From positions 62,737-126,736 of the forward strand of contig JAWKIN010000003.1 in NCBI GenBank assembly GCA_041394345.1: a stretch of 64,000 nucleotides of DNA, written 5' to 3'. Shown here in pieces: positions 6,929-16,120 of this stretch. Made by a program: the position numbers and the translations under genes. Origin of the DNA: Acidimicrobiales bacterium. GTDB lineage: Bacteria; Actinomycetota; Acidimicrobiia; Acidimicrobiales; SZUA-35. Every line of letters starts with the position of its first letter. The stretch's first letter is position 1. The notes below the pieces were generated by a model. The model was not told the origin of the DNA. It saw nothing but the letters and a program-made list of their open reading frames with translations, and ran no database searches.

Positions 6929-7594
6929 TTCTCAGGTCCTCGGAGAGAACGACACACTAGATGGAGTAGACATACAACACTGAAATTACATCGCTGTCAA
7001 CGACTGTGAACAAGATACTCAGGGGGTCTGACAGTGTTCGGGGCAAGTCCTGCTTGGCTTGCTGTGAGGATGACCACACACCGTGTTTTGGTCAGGAAAG
7101 AAACTTTTTCCGATCTGGTCGACATCCATCCGAACCGCTCAGATTCGACTCGCTTCAGGTTGAAAAAGAACATGACCGGCGAGACCGGTCAGCTGAGCGG
7201 GTCGAGGTTGGCAACCGCAAGGCATCCGATGCCCGCTGCGTCCACCCAAGGGCAACGTACGTGCGCCCGGCCATACCGCTACACCGGACCGCCTGACTGG
7301 TCGTTCAAAACCATAGGGTCTCGCTCCTGTGGATCGTGTGTGGACGACCCTGTGTATTCATGTGAATTCGCGAAGAATTTGTGGACACCACGCTTGGCGA
7401 GTCGCACCGCCCGGAGAGAACAAAACCCGTCAGATACTCGGCTTTGGCCCGAGTGGCGTAGCTTCTGACGCCACTCGAGCGATTCGCCGGGCCGACTGGA
7501 GCTAAGACTTCTTACCCAGAACGCCCCGCTGGCACTGATTCGATGGCACAATTTCGGGCCGCAGATCGACTGTTGCGGAACAGTCGTGCGGTCC

Positions 7595-10435
7595 ATGAGC
7601 AGCGTTTGGCAGACGCTGCGACGATCACAAAGGCCCTTAATGCGACGGATATCCCAATTCTTTCTCTCACTCATGCTGCTCGCTGGCGTCGTCGTCGGCG
7701 TCGCAGCCTCAAGTCTCGCCGTGGTCAATGACTGGGAGATCTACGCACCGTGGGGCGTCACCGCTCGCCACCGATCGTCAGACACGAAACAACATCTACG
7801 TCTACGAGATCGAAAACATCAACGGCATCGTGTACGTCGGCGGAGCTCTTCAACAGGTCGTCCATCGCGACTCGCCTGACCAACCGATCGACCAACCCTT
7901 TATCGCGGCGTTCGACGCCGCCAGCGGTGACCCGGTCGCCACCTTCCGCCCTGTCCTCGACCATCCGGTGTATGCCATCACCGAACACCCAACGACCGGT
8001 GCCATCATCGTCGGCGGTGAATTCACCATGGTGAATGGTCAGCCCCAAACAGGACTCGTCGCCCTCGACCCTCTCACGGGAGCAACCGATACGTCCTATG
8101 ACGTCGACATCGTCCTTGGCGGCAGTTGGCGAGCAACCGTGTGGGCCCGACTCCGACGGCGCCTCGATCTACATCGGCGGCGGCTTCGACCGAGCAATCG
8201 GCACCAACGGCGGCTTCAATCGATCCAACCTCGTCAAGACCGACCTCCAGGGCGCCATCGACCCAACCTGGGATCCCGCCGTCAGCGGCGGTGGCGTGTG
8301 GACGATAGCTCTGACGACCGACCAACAACGCCTCGTCTTCGGCGGTCGTTTCAACCTGGTTGACGGGGCGTATCGACCCGGCATTGACAGATGGTCGAGA
8401 GCACGGGTAGCGGCACCCTGACCAATACGTTCACGCGGTGGGAGCAAGTCGCCCCCTACTGCTATGGCGGCTATCCCGGCTGCATCTTCGTGTACGACCT
8501 CGACGTCGCCGACGGCAAGATCCTGATCAGCGCAGCGGAACACTTCTCGGCACTCCACGACACAACAGCCCGCATCAAGCTCTGAGAGCGAGTCCAACGA
8601 CACCCAAGCCGGGCCTCTACAACGGGCTCGCTTGGACGACCCGGACACGGAGGCGACAACGGCATCGGCTTGTATTACGCCTACAACCTCCAGACCATGG
8701 CGCGAGAGGTCACGACCAGTGGACGACTCAGCACCGGGGCTGGCGGCTTCGCCTATGAAGCCGGACCGAACGGGTGCGTCTGGTTTGGTGGCGCCATCGG
8801 TGGCATGGATCTGGCCGACGTGCCAGGCAACAGCAAAGTAGCTGCGCAGTTCAATCTCGGCTTCATGTGCCCACCCGGCACGCCGGTCCCAGCGTCTTCA
8901 CTCGACATCACCAACTGGCAAACTCCATCGGGCTTGCTTGTCCGCGGGCTTCGCACCACCGACGTCGGCTACACCTATGCCGTCTTCGCCTACACCCCAG
9001 CAGCCGACGCAGTTCGCCACGACGTTCTGGTCGATGGTGTCATCGTCGGCAACGACAACGACGGCTCATTTGCGTTGAGCGACCTCCGACCGGGCCGTGA
9101 CGGCCGACGCCTTCGTCCGATCGGTGAACGCCGCTGGCGAGACGGGGACCGCGCTCATCCGGGTTACGGCCAACTCAGCCACCGGCGATCGCCCGACAAC
9201 AAGCCAGGCGTTAGCGTGCGGCAGATCACCGACTACTCGGCCTCGTACCCCGCCAGCAACGCAAACGACGACAACATCGCCAACACGTCAATCACGGGCT
9301 ACGGATTCCAGCGTTGGTGGGAGATCGACCTCGGCTCCTCCCAAGACCTCTCACAGCTGGAGATCTATGCCCGAGCTGGCGCACCCCAGCAGACATCGAA
9401 CTCACTTCCTTGTCTCGGCAACGCTCACCTCTGACTCACTTGCGGTCAACCAGGCGCTCGCCTCGACCGACGTCTACATCGCCGGCAACATGGGCTACCC
9501 GACGACGGTGGCCCCAAACGACACCGGCCGGTACATCCGCATCCAGACGGACAACAACAACTATCTCTCCATCGGCGAGGTCAACGTCACCGGAGTCGCC
9601 GACGTGGCCGGCGAGGTGGTCCTTGCCAATCCGTTCTCGATTGACCGAACGCCACCAGCGGGCAACCTGACCTGCAGCCTCGCCGTCAACGCCACCAACG
9701 TCACCATCACCTGGACCGGCGACAAGGCGGACGCAATCGGTCGTGTTCCGCACCCCAACCGGCGCCAACACCTCATATGCGTCGTTGACCTCCCCGGCAC
9801 CTCGTTCACCGACACTCAGCAACGGCGTCACCTACAACTACGAAATCCGTGAACGCACCGGCCGTCAACGGCGACCCAATCAACTGCGGCGACGTGTCGC
9901 CACCGGATCCGCCACCAGCGGGCAACCTGACCTGCAGCCTGCCGTCAACGCCACCAACGTCACCATCACCTGGACCGGCGACACCAACGCGGACGCAATC
10001 GTGTTCCGCACCCCAACCGGCGCCAACACCTCATGAAAGGCCGCGTTGACCTCCCCGGCACCTCGTTCACCGACACCCTCAGCAACGGCGTCACCTACAA
10101 CTACGAAATCCGTGAACGCACCGGCCAAGTCAACGGCGACCCAATCAACTGCGGCGACGCGGCCGCCACCGATCCGCCACCAGCGGGCAACCTGACCTGC
10201 AGCCTCGCCGTCAACGCCACCAACGTCACCATCACCTGGACCGGCGACACCAACGCGGACGCAATCATCGTGTTCCGCACCCCAACCGGCGCCAACACCT
10301 CATGGCGCGCACGTGCGACACCTCCCTGGCACCTCGTTCACCGACACCCTCAGCAACGGCGTCACCTACAACTACGAAATCCGTGAACGCACCGGCCAAG
10401 TCAACGGCGACCCAATCAACCGCGGCAACACCTAA
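7595..10435 (+). pseudogene. Large secreted multidomain protein (signal peptide, beta-propeller-like repeats, F5/8 type C discoidin-like domain, three tandem ~87-aa repeats); many frame changes and one in-frame TGA
   Basis: The signal/TM segment is RRISQFFLSLMLLAGVVVGVAASSLA (ORF 7586..). Repeated IVYVGG.L / IIVGGEFTMVNG / IYIGGGFD / LVFGGRFNLVDG blocks appear in ORFs 7728.., 8035.. and 8391... The discoidin-like part reads NANDDNIANTSITGYGFQRWWEIDLGSSQDLSQLEIY ... RYIRIQTDNNNYLSIGEVNV (ORFs 8670.., 9097..). The C-terminal repeats read PPAGNLTCSLAVNATNVTITWTGD..ADAI.VFRTPTGANTS...LPGTSFTDTLSNGVTYNYEIRERTGQVNGDPINCGD. The terminal TAA is at 10433-10435. Confidence 0.7.
9652..10435 (+). repeat. 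Three near-identical tandem coding repeats (~260-265 bp each)
   Basis: The unit start CCACCAGCGGGCAACCTGACCTGCAGCCT recurs at 9652, 9912 and 10177. The copies differ by a few substitutions and 1-3 nt indels. Confidence 0.85.
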
Positions 10436-10500
10436 GACACCATGGCCGCTTCATGGCGCCAACTCGAAATCCAGCGCGGTGCGGTGTAGCGTCGCCCGCA

Positions 10501-11746
10501 TGGATATGAACCTGCCGCCAGAAGCCGACGTCTTCGTTCAAGCATCACCACCTTCCTCGACGAAAACCTCCCCGCCGACTTCCCCGGAATCGGCGCGTAC
10601 GGCGGCGAGGAAAAGCTCGCGTTCTTGAAGGAATGGCGCGCCAAACTCTCGGCTAACCAGTTGCTCGCCTTGAGCTGGCCCGCCGAATACGGTGGCGCTG
10701 GGCTCAGCGCGCTCGAGACGGTCGTTCTCCATCAGGAGTTCGCCAAGCGTGGCGCCCCAACCGGTGGCTCGAACGACGGGTTCAGCATCAACATGGTGGG
10801 CAACACCATCCTCGCCGTCGGAACCGAGGAGCAGAAGAACTACTTCCTCCCCCGCATCCTGTCGGGCGAAGACATCTGGTGCCAGGGCTACTCCGAGCCC
10901 AACGCTGGCTCCGACCTCGCGGGGCTGGGCTGTCGGGCCGAACTCGATGGTGACGAATGGGTCATCAACGGCCAGAAAATCTGGACATCCAGTGGGCACA
11001 ACGCCGATTGGATCTTCGTGCTGGCCAGTACCGATCCAACGGCGCCCAAGCACAAAGGCATTAGCTTCCTTCTGGTACCCATGCGCCAGCCCGGCGTCGA
11101 GGTTCGGTTCATCAAGAACATCGCTGGCCACAACCATTTCAACGAGGTTTTCTTCGACGACGCTCGATGCCCGAAGGAGAACGTACTCGGCGAGGTCAAC
11201 GGCGGCTGGATGGTTGCCAACGTGCTGCTCGGCCACGAGCGCGGCAGCGGCGCCACCGTCACCCCAATCGTCTTCCGGGCCGAACTCGACCGGCTCGTAG
11301 AAATCTGCAAGGCCCGCGGCCTGACCGACGATCCGGCGGTTCGTCAAGGCTTGGCCGATTTCCACACCCAGGTCGAGTTACTCCGCTTTGCCGGCATGCG
11401 CGCGCTGTCGCGTTACCTCGCTGGGCAAGCACCTGGGCCCGAGTCATCACTGTTCAAATTGGCGTGGAGCGAGTATCACCGCCGAGTTTCCGAGGCCGCG
11501 GTCAACTGGCTCGGCGCTGATGCCATCGCTGGTTTCGGTGACTCCACGGCCGACGGCCTAGGCGCCTCCGGCATCGGCGTTAAAAACGATGTGGGCGCCT
11601 GGCTCTACGCCTTCTACATTGCCCGTTCAGGCACGATCTACGCCGGTACGAGCCAGGTCCAGCGAAACATTATCGGCGAGCGGGTCCTCGGCCTTCCTCG
11701 CGAGCCACGAGCCGACGCCGGCCCGTGGAACGAAACGACTCGGTGA
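10501..11746 (+). pseudogene. Acyl-CoA dehydrogenase family protein (one frame change near 10535)
   Basis: ORF 10625..11746 carries WPAEYGGAGLS..GYSEPNAGSDLAGL...DGDEWVINGQKIWTS. The N-terminus from ATG 10501 (MDMNLPPEADVF) joins in frame only if one base is restored (ttcgtt vs expected ttccgt), which gives ...FRSSITTFLDENLPADFPGIGAYGGEEKLAFLKEW. Confidence 0.85.
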
Positions 11747-12498
11747 ACGCAGCCGAGCCCCCAATCGTCGACCTTCTGTCGTGCGATCGGTCGGCCATCG
11801 ACCCCATGGAGGACGTCGCCCGCGAGCGACGCCACCACGACGATGGCCGACCCTGGGTGTTCACCAACATGATTCAGTCGGCCGACGGTGCCACATCGAT
11901 CGACGGGCTCTCGGCCCCGCTGGGATCACCAGCGGATCTGGCGATCCTCCTCGCGCTGCGCGCCGTCGCTGACGTCATCGTGGTTGGCTCGTCAACCGCA
12001 TCCGGTGAGGGGTATCAGCCGCCCAACCCGTCGTCGGCCACCCGTCAAGCCCGCCGCAGCCGCAGTCAATCTGACCGACCGCTCATCGCCGTCGTGACAT
12101 CGTCGCTGTCGATCTCACCATCGGCCCCACTGTTCAGCGACCCAAGCTACCGGCCGCTGATTATCACAACCGACAATGCGCCGGCCGACCGAGCGGCGGC
12201 CCTTGGCTCGGTCGCCGACCTCGTTGTCGCAGGCGACACCCAGGTGTCACTCCCCCAGGCCATCGAGCTCCTGGCCGACCGCGGCCATCGCCACGTGCTG
12301 CTTGAGGGCGGCCCGATTCTCAACGGCCAGTTCGTCGTCGACGATCTGATCGACGAATGGAACATTACGTTCGCCCCGCTGCTGGTCGCCGGAAGCGCAG
12401 CCCGCCGCCCATGGACCGACGCAAAGCCGCGAACACTGACGCTCGCTCGGCTCTGGGAGTCAGGCGGCCTACTGTTCGGACGATATCTCCGGGGCTGA
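11725..12498 (+). CDS. RibD C-terminal domain / pyrimidine reductase family protein
   Basis: The 257-aa ORF carries FTNMIQSADGATSIDG.SAPLGSPADLAILLALRAVADVIVVGSST...HVLLEGGPILNGQFVVDDLIDEWNITFAPLLVAG. It overlaps the ACAD stop by 22 nt. Confidence 0.7.
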   Translation: MERNDSVNAAEPPIVDLLSCDRSAIDPMEDVARERRHHDDGRPWVFTNMIQSADGATSIDGLSAPLGSPADLAILLALRAVADVIVVGSSTASGEGYQPPNPSSATRQARRSRSQSDRPLIAVVTSSLSISPSAPLFSDPSYRPLIITTDNAPADRAAALGSVADLVVAGDTQVSLPQAIELLADRGHRHVLLEGGPILNGQFVVDDLIDEWNITFAPLLVAGSAARRPWTDAKPRTLTLARLWESGGLLFGRYLRG

Positions 12499-12566
12499 GT
12501 CGGGGTTCCCGTCCATCCGGATCGCCAAACGCAACGCTTGCTGGCGGCTCCGACGCCGGATCAGTG

Positions 12567-13904
12567 TCAGGGGTCGGGCCGGCGCTCGGCCCAGCAGCGA
12601 TCAGCGTCCGGCCGGTCGCGACGCCGACCGGAGCGGTGGCGGCGATCGTCACCGGCGTTCCATCGAGCGAGATCGCTCGCCCGTACCTCGCGGCATAGTT
12701 CATCCTCGGTGCCGTAGGCCTGAGACCGGTTGTAACCAAGCAGCGCCGTCCGGAATGCCTCACTGTTGTCCAACCCGCTGTGGCGCCGACAGAGATGATC
12801 GCCAGCAGCCGCAGCCGCGTCATAGAGATTGTGCGGATCGGCCACGCCGTCACCATTGCCGTCGGCCCGGAAGATCGACCAGCTACTGGGAATGAACTGC
12901 ATCGGCCCAACGGCTCGGTCCCATACGGTGTTTCCGTCGAGGGCACCGCCATCGGTGTCGCGGATCGCCGATGAGCGGCTGCCGTCGAGCACGATGCCCA
13001 GAATGTGTGGGACCACTGACCCGTCGGCTTGTACCGAGGAGCCGCCGTACGTGCCGTGCTTCGTCTCGACCTGCCCGATGCCAGCAAGCTGGTTCCAGCC
13101 GACGTTGCAGCTCGGATAGCGCTCGTTGGTCACCAGGGCGGCCCGGTAATACGCGTCGAGCACGACGGCCGGACATCCGACACCGTTGATCTGGGAGAGG
13201 ACCGTCGCCGCTTCGAGGGCCGGGGTCAACCGATCGATGTCGACCACGGCTTCGCGCTTTGCCCGATCAGCGTCCCCCCACCGTGCATCAATGACCGGCA
13301 TGGTCAGCCGAAGCGCCCGTTCGCGGCTACGAAGCTCGACTACCTCCGCATGCGCCTCGGCTTGCGCCGCTTCGGCGTCGATCACCTGTTGATAGAGCGT
13401 GTCTTCGGCCGCCTGATTGAGCCGAAGCATCGGATCAAGATGACCGAGCACCGCATCAAGTTCGAGCTCCTGGGCATCGCCCGAGACGAAGGAGGAAATC
13501 GCTAGGGCAACCAGGCGGTCGGCCGCCGCTTCAGCCTCAGCTTGGCGACTCGCCTCGATGAACGTCCAACGGGCTTGCGACGCGATTGTGGTGCCGAGGG
13601 CCGCGCTCAGCGCAAGACGTTCGCCTTCGGCGGCAACCAGCGCAGCAACCGCCTGATCCCGCCGGTGCACGGCGTCGGTCAGCTGCTGCTTCAGTGTCGC
13701 CACCTCCGCTGTTGCGAAGGGGGCGTAGGCGAGAACATCAGGGTGCAGCGTCGCCGATTCGGCCAGCAAATCGCCGATCGAGGGATCACTGGCCGCAGCT
13801 GTCTGGGCCCCCGCCGACGGTGTCAACGCTCCCGTGCCCACCAGGACTCCGAGCATCGCCAGCGTGGCCCGCGCTATCAATGAAGGTGCCACGAAACGCA
13901 TCAC
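12567..13904 (-). CDS. Secreted lytic murein transglycosylase with N-terminal coiled-coil region
   Basis: There is a signal peptide (MMRFVAPSLIARATLAMLGVLVGTGA). The C-terminal catalytic region reads WNQLAGIGQVETKHGTYGG...ALDGNTVWDRAVGPMQFIPSSWSIFRADGNGDGVADPHNLYDAAAAAGDHLC. The last ~40 codons look out of frame. Confidence 0.75.
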   Translation of the reverse strand: MMRFVAPSLIARATLAMLGVLVGTGALTPSAGAQTAAASDPSIGDLLAESATLHPDVLAYAPFATAEVATLKQQLTDAVHRRDQAVAALVAAEGERLALSAALGTTIASQARWTFIEASRQAEAEAAADRLVALAISSFVSGDAQELELDAVLGHLDPMLRLNQAAEDTLYQQVIDAEAAQAEAHAEVVELRSRERALRLTMPVIDARWGDADRAKREAVVDIDRLTPALEAATVLSQINGVGCPAVVLDAYYRAALVTNERYPSCNVGWNQLAGIGQVETKHGTYGGSSVQADGSVVPHILGIVLDGSRSSAIRDTDGGALDGNTVWDRAVGPMQFIPSSWSIFRADGNGDGVADPHNLYDAAAAAGDHLCRRHSGLDNSEAFRTALLGYNRSQAYGTEDELCREVRASDLARWNAGDDRRHRSGRRRDRPDADRCWAERRPDP

Positions 13905-13998
13905 CGCAACATCGACCCGATCCCCGCGTTGGTGTAGCGAAACTCAGCCCCACACGGTGGAAGGAACAATTAGGGCCATTTGGCCAAGGTCGTTTGGC

Positions 13999-14469
13999 CT
14001 AGGCCAGTTGCTCAGACTGGTCGTCGCGCTTGATCAACGAGAGTTCACGCTCGAAGTCAGACACGTCGGTGAATCCCTTGTAGACACTGGCGAAACGCAG
14101 CGCACCGATGGGGTCGACCGGTCGCAGTAAATCGAGGACTTGCAGACCAACCCATTCCGAGGTGACGTCGCCGTCGACGCCGCGAGCCGCCACTTCTATC
14201 TGGGCCGCGATCTCTTCGAACAGTTCGGGACTACTCGAACGACCCTTCGCCGCCAGATTGAGACCCCGAACAATCGTCTCCCGGGAGAAGGGCTTGCGTT
14301 CACCGGATCGTTTGACCACCATCAACGGAGCGTTTTCATAACGCTCGAACGTGGTGAACCGGGCGCCGCACTTGGAACACTCGCGTCGCCGTCGAATCGA
14401 CGCACCCTCCTCGGACGCACGCGAATCGACCACACGAGTGCCGTCAAAGGTGCAAGAGGGGCAACGCAT
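13999..14469 (-). CDS. nrdR: Transcriptional repressor NrdR (zinc ribbon plus ATP-cone)
   Basis: The 156-aa ORF reads MRCPSCTFDGTRVVDSRASEEGASIRRRRECSKCGARFTTFERYE...LRFASVYKGF and is a full-length NrdR. Confidence 0.95.
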   Translation of the reverse strand: MRCPSCTFDGTRVVDSRASEEGASIRRRRECSKCGARFTTFERYENAPLMVVKRSGERKPFSRETIVRGLNLAAKGRSSSPELFEEIAAQIEVAARGVDGDVTSEWVGLQVLDLLRPVDPIGALRFASVYKGFTDVSDFERELSLIKRDDQSEQLA

Positions 14470-14534
14470 TGCCTCAGGCTAGCGCGCTTCGTCGGTTGAC
14501 TCGATTCAGTTCGCAGGTTGTGACCGAAGGTACA

Positions 14535-15161
14535 TCAATGGAGGTCGCCGGGAATGATGACCTGCTGCCCGGCCATGAGGTCGGCGCCCCCATTTCGGGC
14601 AACGAGCTGCTCGACGATGGGACGAACATCGGCCCCCTGAATCAGCGACGAGGCAATGGCCCAGTAGGTATCGCCCGGTTGGGCCACCACGGTGTATTCG
14701 CCAAGCTGGGCGTCAACCGGCGCGACGGCAACAACTTCGCTTCGAAGGCTGGTGTCAGCGGGCGGGCGGCCTTGCACCGCACTCATGAGGAGAAAGGCTG
14801 CCACCATGGCGCCGAGAACACCGAGCACTCGGCGGTCGAGTTCGCCAACCCAATCGGCGAAGCTACCAAGCGCTGCCACCGGAGTGTCGGGTTGATCGAC
14901 GAACGCCGGCACGCTCGCCAGATGACGATCTGGCCGATGACCCTCGACCCGGGTTGCCGTCCGCGGTGTTATCCGCCGGTCGGGTCGGGGCTGGTGTTGC
15001 CGGGTCTGGTGTTGTCGGGTCTGGGGTGAAGTAGTGCAACCATGAGAATAGTTTCCTCGGGGGGTGTGACGGTCACACCGTGGCGTGGAGGTGACTGTCA
15101 GCGAACAAGGGTTTCTGCCCCACGGGCCCCGCCGACGTATCGGTCGCTCAGTACATGTCAC
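14535..15161 (-). CDS. LysM-domain membrane protein (Rv2719c-like SOS-region gene); start uncertain
   Basis: The C-terminus EYTVVAQPGDTYWAIASSLIQGADVRPIVEQLVARNGGADLMAGQQVIIPG is a LysM domain. It is preceded by a TM segment (VLGVLGAMVAAFLLMSAV) and a basic, Pro-rich N-terminus. It sits between lexA (divergent) and nrdR, as in mycobacteria. The GTG at 15161 is one in-frame candidate start. The ORF track extends to 15356, across the SOS boxes. Confidence 0.7.
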   Translation of the reverse strand: MTCTERPIRRRGPWGRNPCSLTVTSTPRCDRHTPRGNYSHGCTTSPQTRQHQTRQHQPRPDRRITPRTATRVEGHRPDRHLASVPAFVDQPDTPVAALGSFADWVGELDRRVLGVLGAMVAAFLLMSAVQGRPPADTSLRSEVVAVAPVDAQLGEYTVVAQPGDTYWAIASSLIQGADVRPIVEQLVARNGGADLMAGQQVIIPGDLH

Positions 15162-15240
15162 GACTGACACGGTCTCATTCGATTTGGCCCAGGTCTCGCA
15201 GCCAGAGCGAATGAGGTGACGAGGTTTCCGCCCGAGGAAC

Positions 15241-15325
15241 TCGAACCGGTGTTCGATTACCTTATACGAACGCCCGTTCGCTGCCAACTGAAAATCGAAC
15301 AATTGTTTCACGAACAAGCATTCGC
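15241..15325. promoter_or_regulatory. Cluster of four LexA (SOS) boxes in the lexA / LysM-gene divergent region
   Basis: The four boxes are TCGAACcggtGTTCGA (15241-15256, perfect), aCGAACgcccGTTCGc (15266-15281), TCGAACaattGTTTCA (15295-15310) and aCGAACaagcATTCGc (15310-15325). The actinobacterial consensus is TCGAAC-N4-GTTCGA. Confidence 0.85.
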
Positions 15326-15447
15326 TTCTGCCGGAATCTATGGCATACTCACTCACAAGCCGGTTCTTGCCTCATCAGGACCGACCATCCGGTCGAACAC
15401 CTCCACCCGATCCAACACGCCGTGTCCACTACGTAAGGAATGCCCCC

Positions 15448-16089
15448 ATGACTGACCATCGTCTCAGCCGACGACAGCTGGCCATCCTCGAGACAATCGA
15501 GAAGCACATGACCGATCGCGGCTACCCGCCGTCGGTTCGTGAGATCGGCGATGCGGTTGGCCTCTCCTCACCCTCAACGGTGCATTCGCACCTCGGCACG
15601 CTTGAGCGCGAGGGCTACCTTCGGCGCGATCCATCAAAGCCACGCGCCATCGAGGTTCGCTGGGATCCAAACACGGGCGCCCACGACATCGAGCGCCGGC
15701 CGTTCCGCCATGTGCCGCTCGTAGGCTCGGTCGCCGCTGGCACCGACGTGCTTGCCGAACAACACATCGAAGAGACCATCCCGGTCCCCAGCGATCTCAC
15801 CGGCGACGGCGAGTTGTTCATGCTCATCGTTCGGGGCGACTCAATGATCGACGCTGGCATTCTGAGTGGCGACTATGTCGTTGCGAAGGTGCAAAAGACG
15901 GCGAAAGCGGGCGACATCATCGTCGTCGGCATCCCCGGCGAAGAGGCAACCGTCAAGACGTACTCCGGCGAGTCGACCAACAAGGAAATGGTCTTGTTGC
16001 CGTCGAACCCCACCATGGGCCCCATGCATTTCCCCACGACCGATGTCGAAATCTTCGGCAAGGTCGTCACCGTGATGCGGCGGCTCTAG
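15448..16089 (+). CDS. lexA: LexA repressor
   Basis: From ATG 15448 (AAGGAA lies 10 nt upstream) the protein reads MTDHRLSRRQLAILETIEKHMTDRGYPPSVREIGDAVGLSSPSTVHSHLGTLEREGYLRRD...VAAG...RGDSMIDAGI..GD..V. The ORF track starts earlier, at 15340. Confidence 0.95.
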   Translation: MTDHRLSRRQLAILETIEKHMTDRGYPPSVREIGDAVGLSSPSTVHSHLGTLEREGYLRRDPSKPRAIEVRWDPNTGAHDIERRPFRHVPLVGSVAAGTDVLAEQHIEETIPVPSDLTGDGELFMLIVRGDSMIDAGILSGDYVVAKVQKTAKAGDIIVVGIPGEEATVKTYSGESTNKEMVLLPSNPTMGPMHFPTTDVEIFGKVVTVMRRL

Positions 16090-16120
16090 GGCCCCGGGTC
16101 GGCAACGCTTGGCGCACTCC

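Noticed and set aside
6954-6969. Second NrdR box (ACACTAGATGGAGTAG) 41 bp from the first
   Set aside because: The right half-site is poor and the spacing is not the usual ~31-32 bp, so I kept it only as a remark.
7022-7140. tmRNA-like 5' end (GGGGGTCTGACAGTGTTCGGGG...) in the non-coding gap
   Set aside because: There is no tag reading frame, no tRNA-like 3' end (GGTTCGA..CCACCA) and no pseudoknot signatures downstream.
9652-10435. CRISPR-like or other non-coding array because of the regular repeats
   Set aside because: The units are ~260 bp, contiguous without spacers, and encode a conserved protein module in frame.
13940-13998. GGCC-rich palindromes (TTGGCCAA, GGCCTAGGCC) downstream of nrdR as a special element
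   Set aside because: They are short, have no repeat partner elsewhere in the window, and are compatible with a weak terminator or promoter region.
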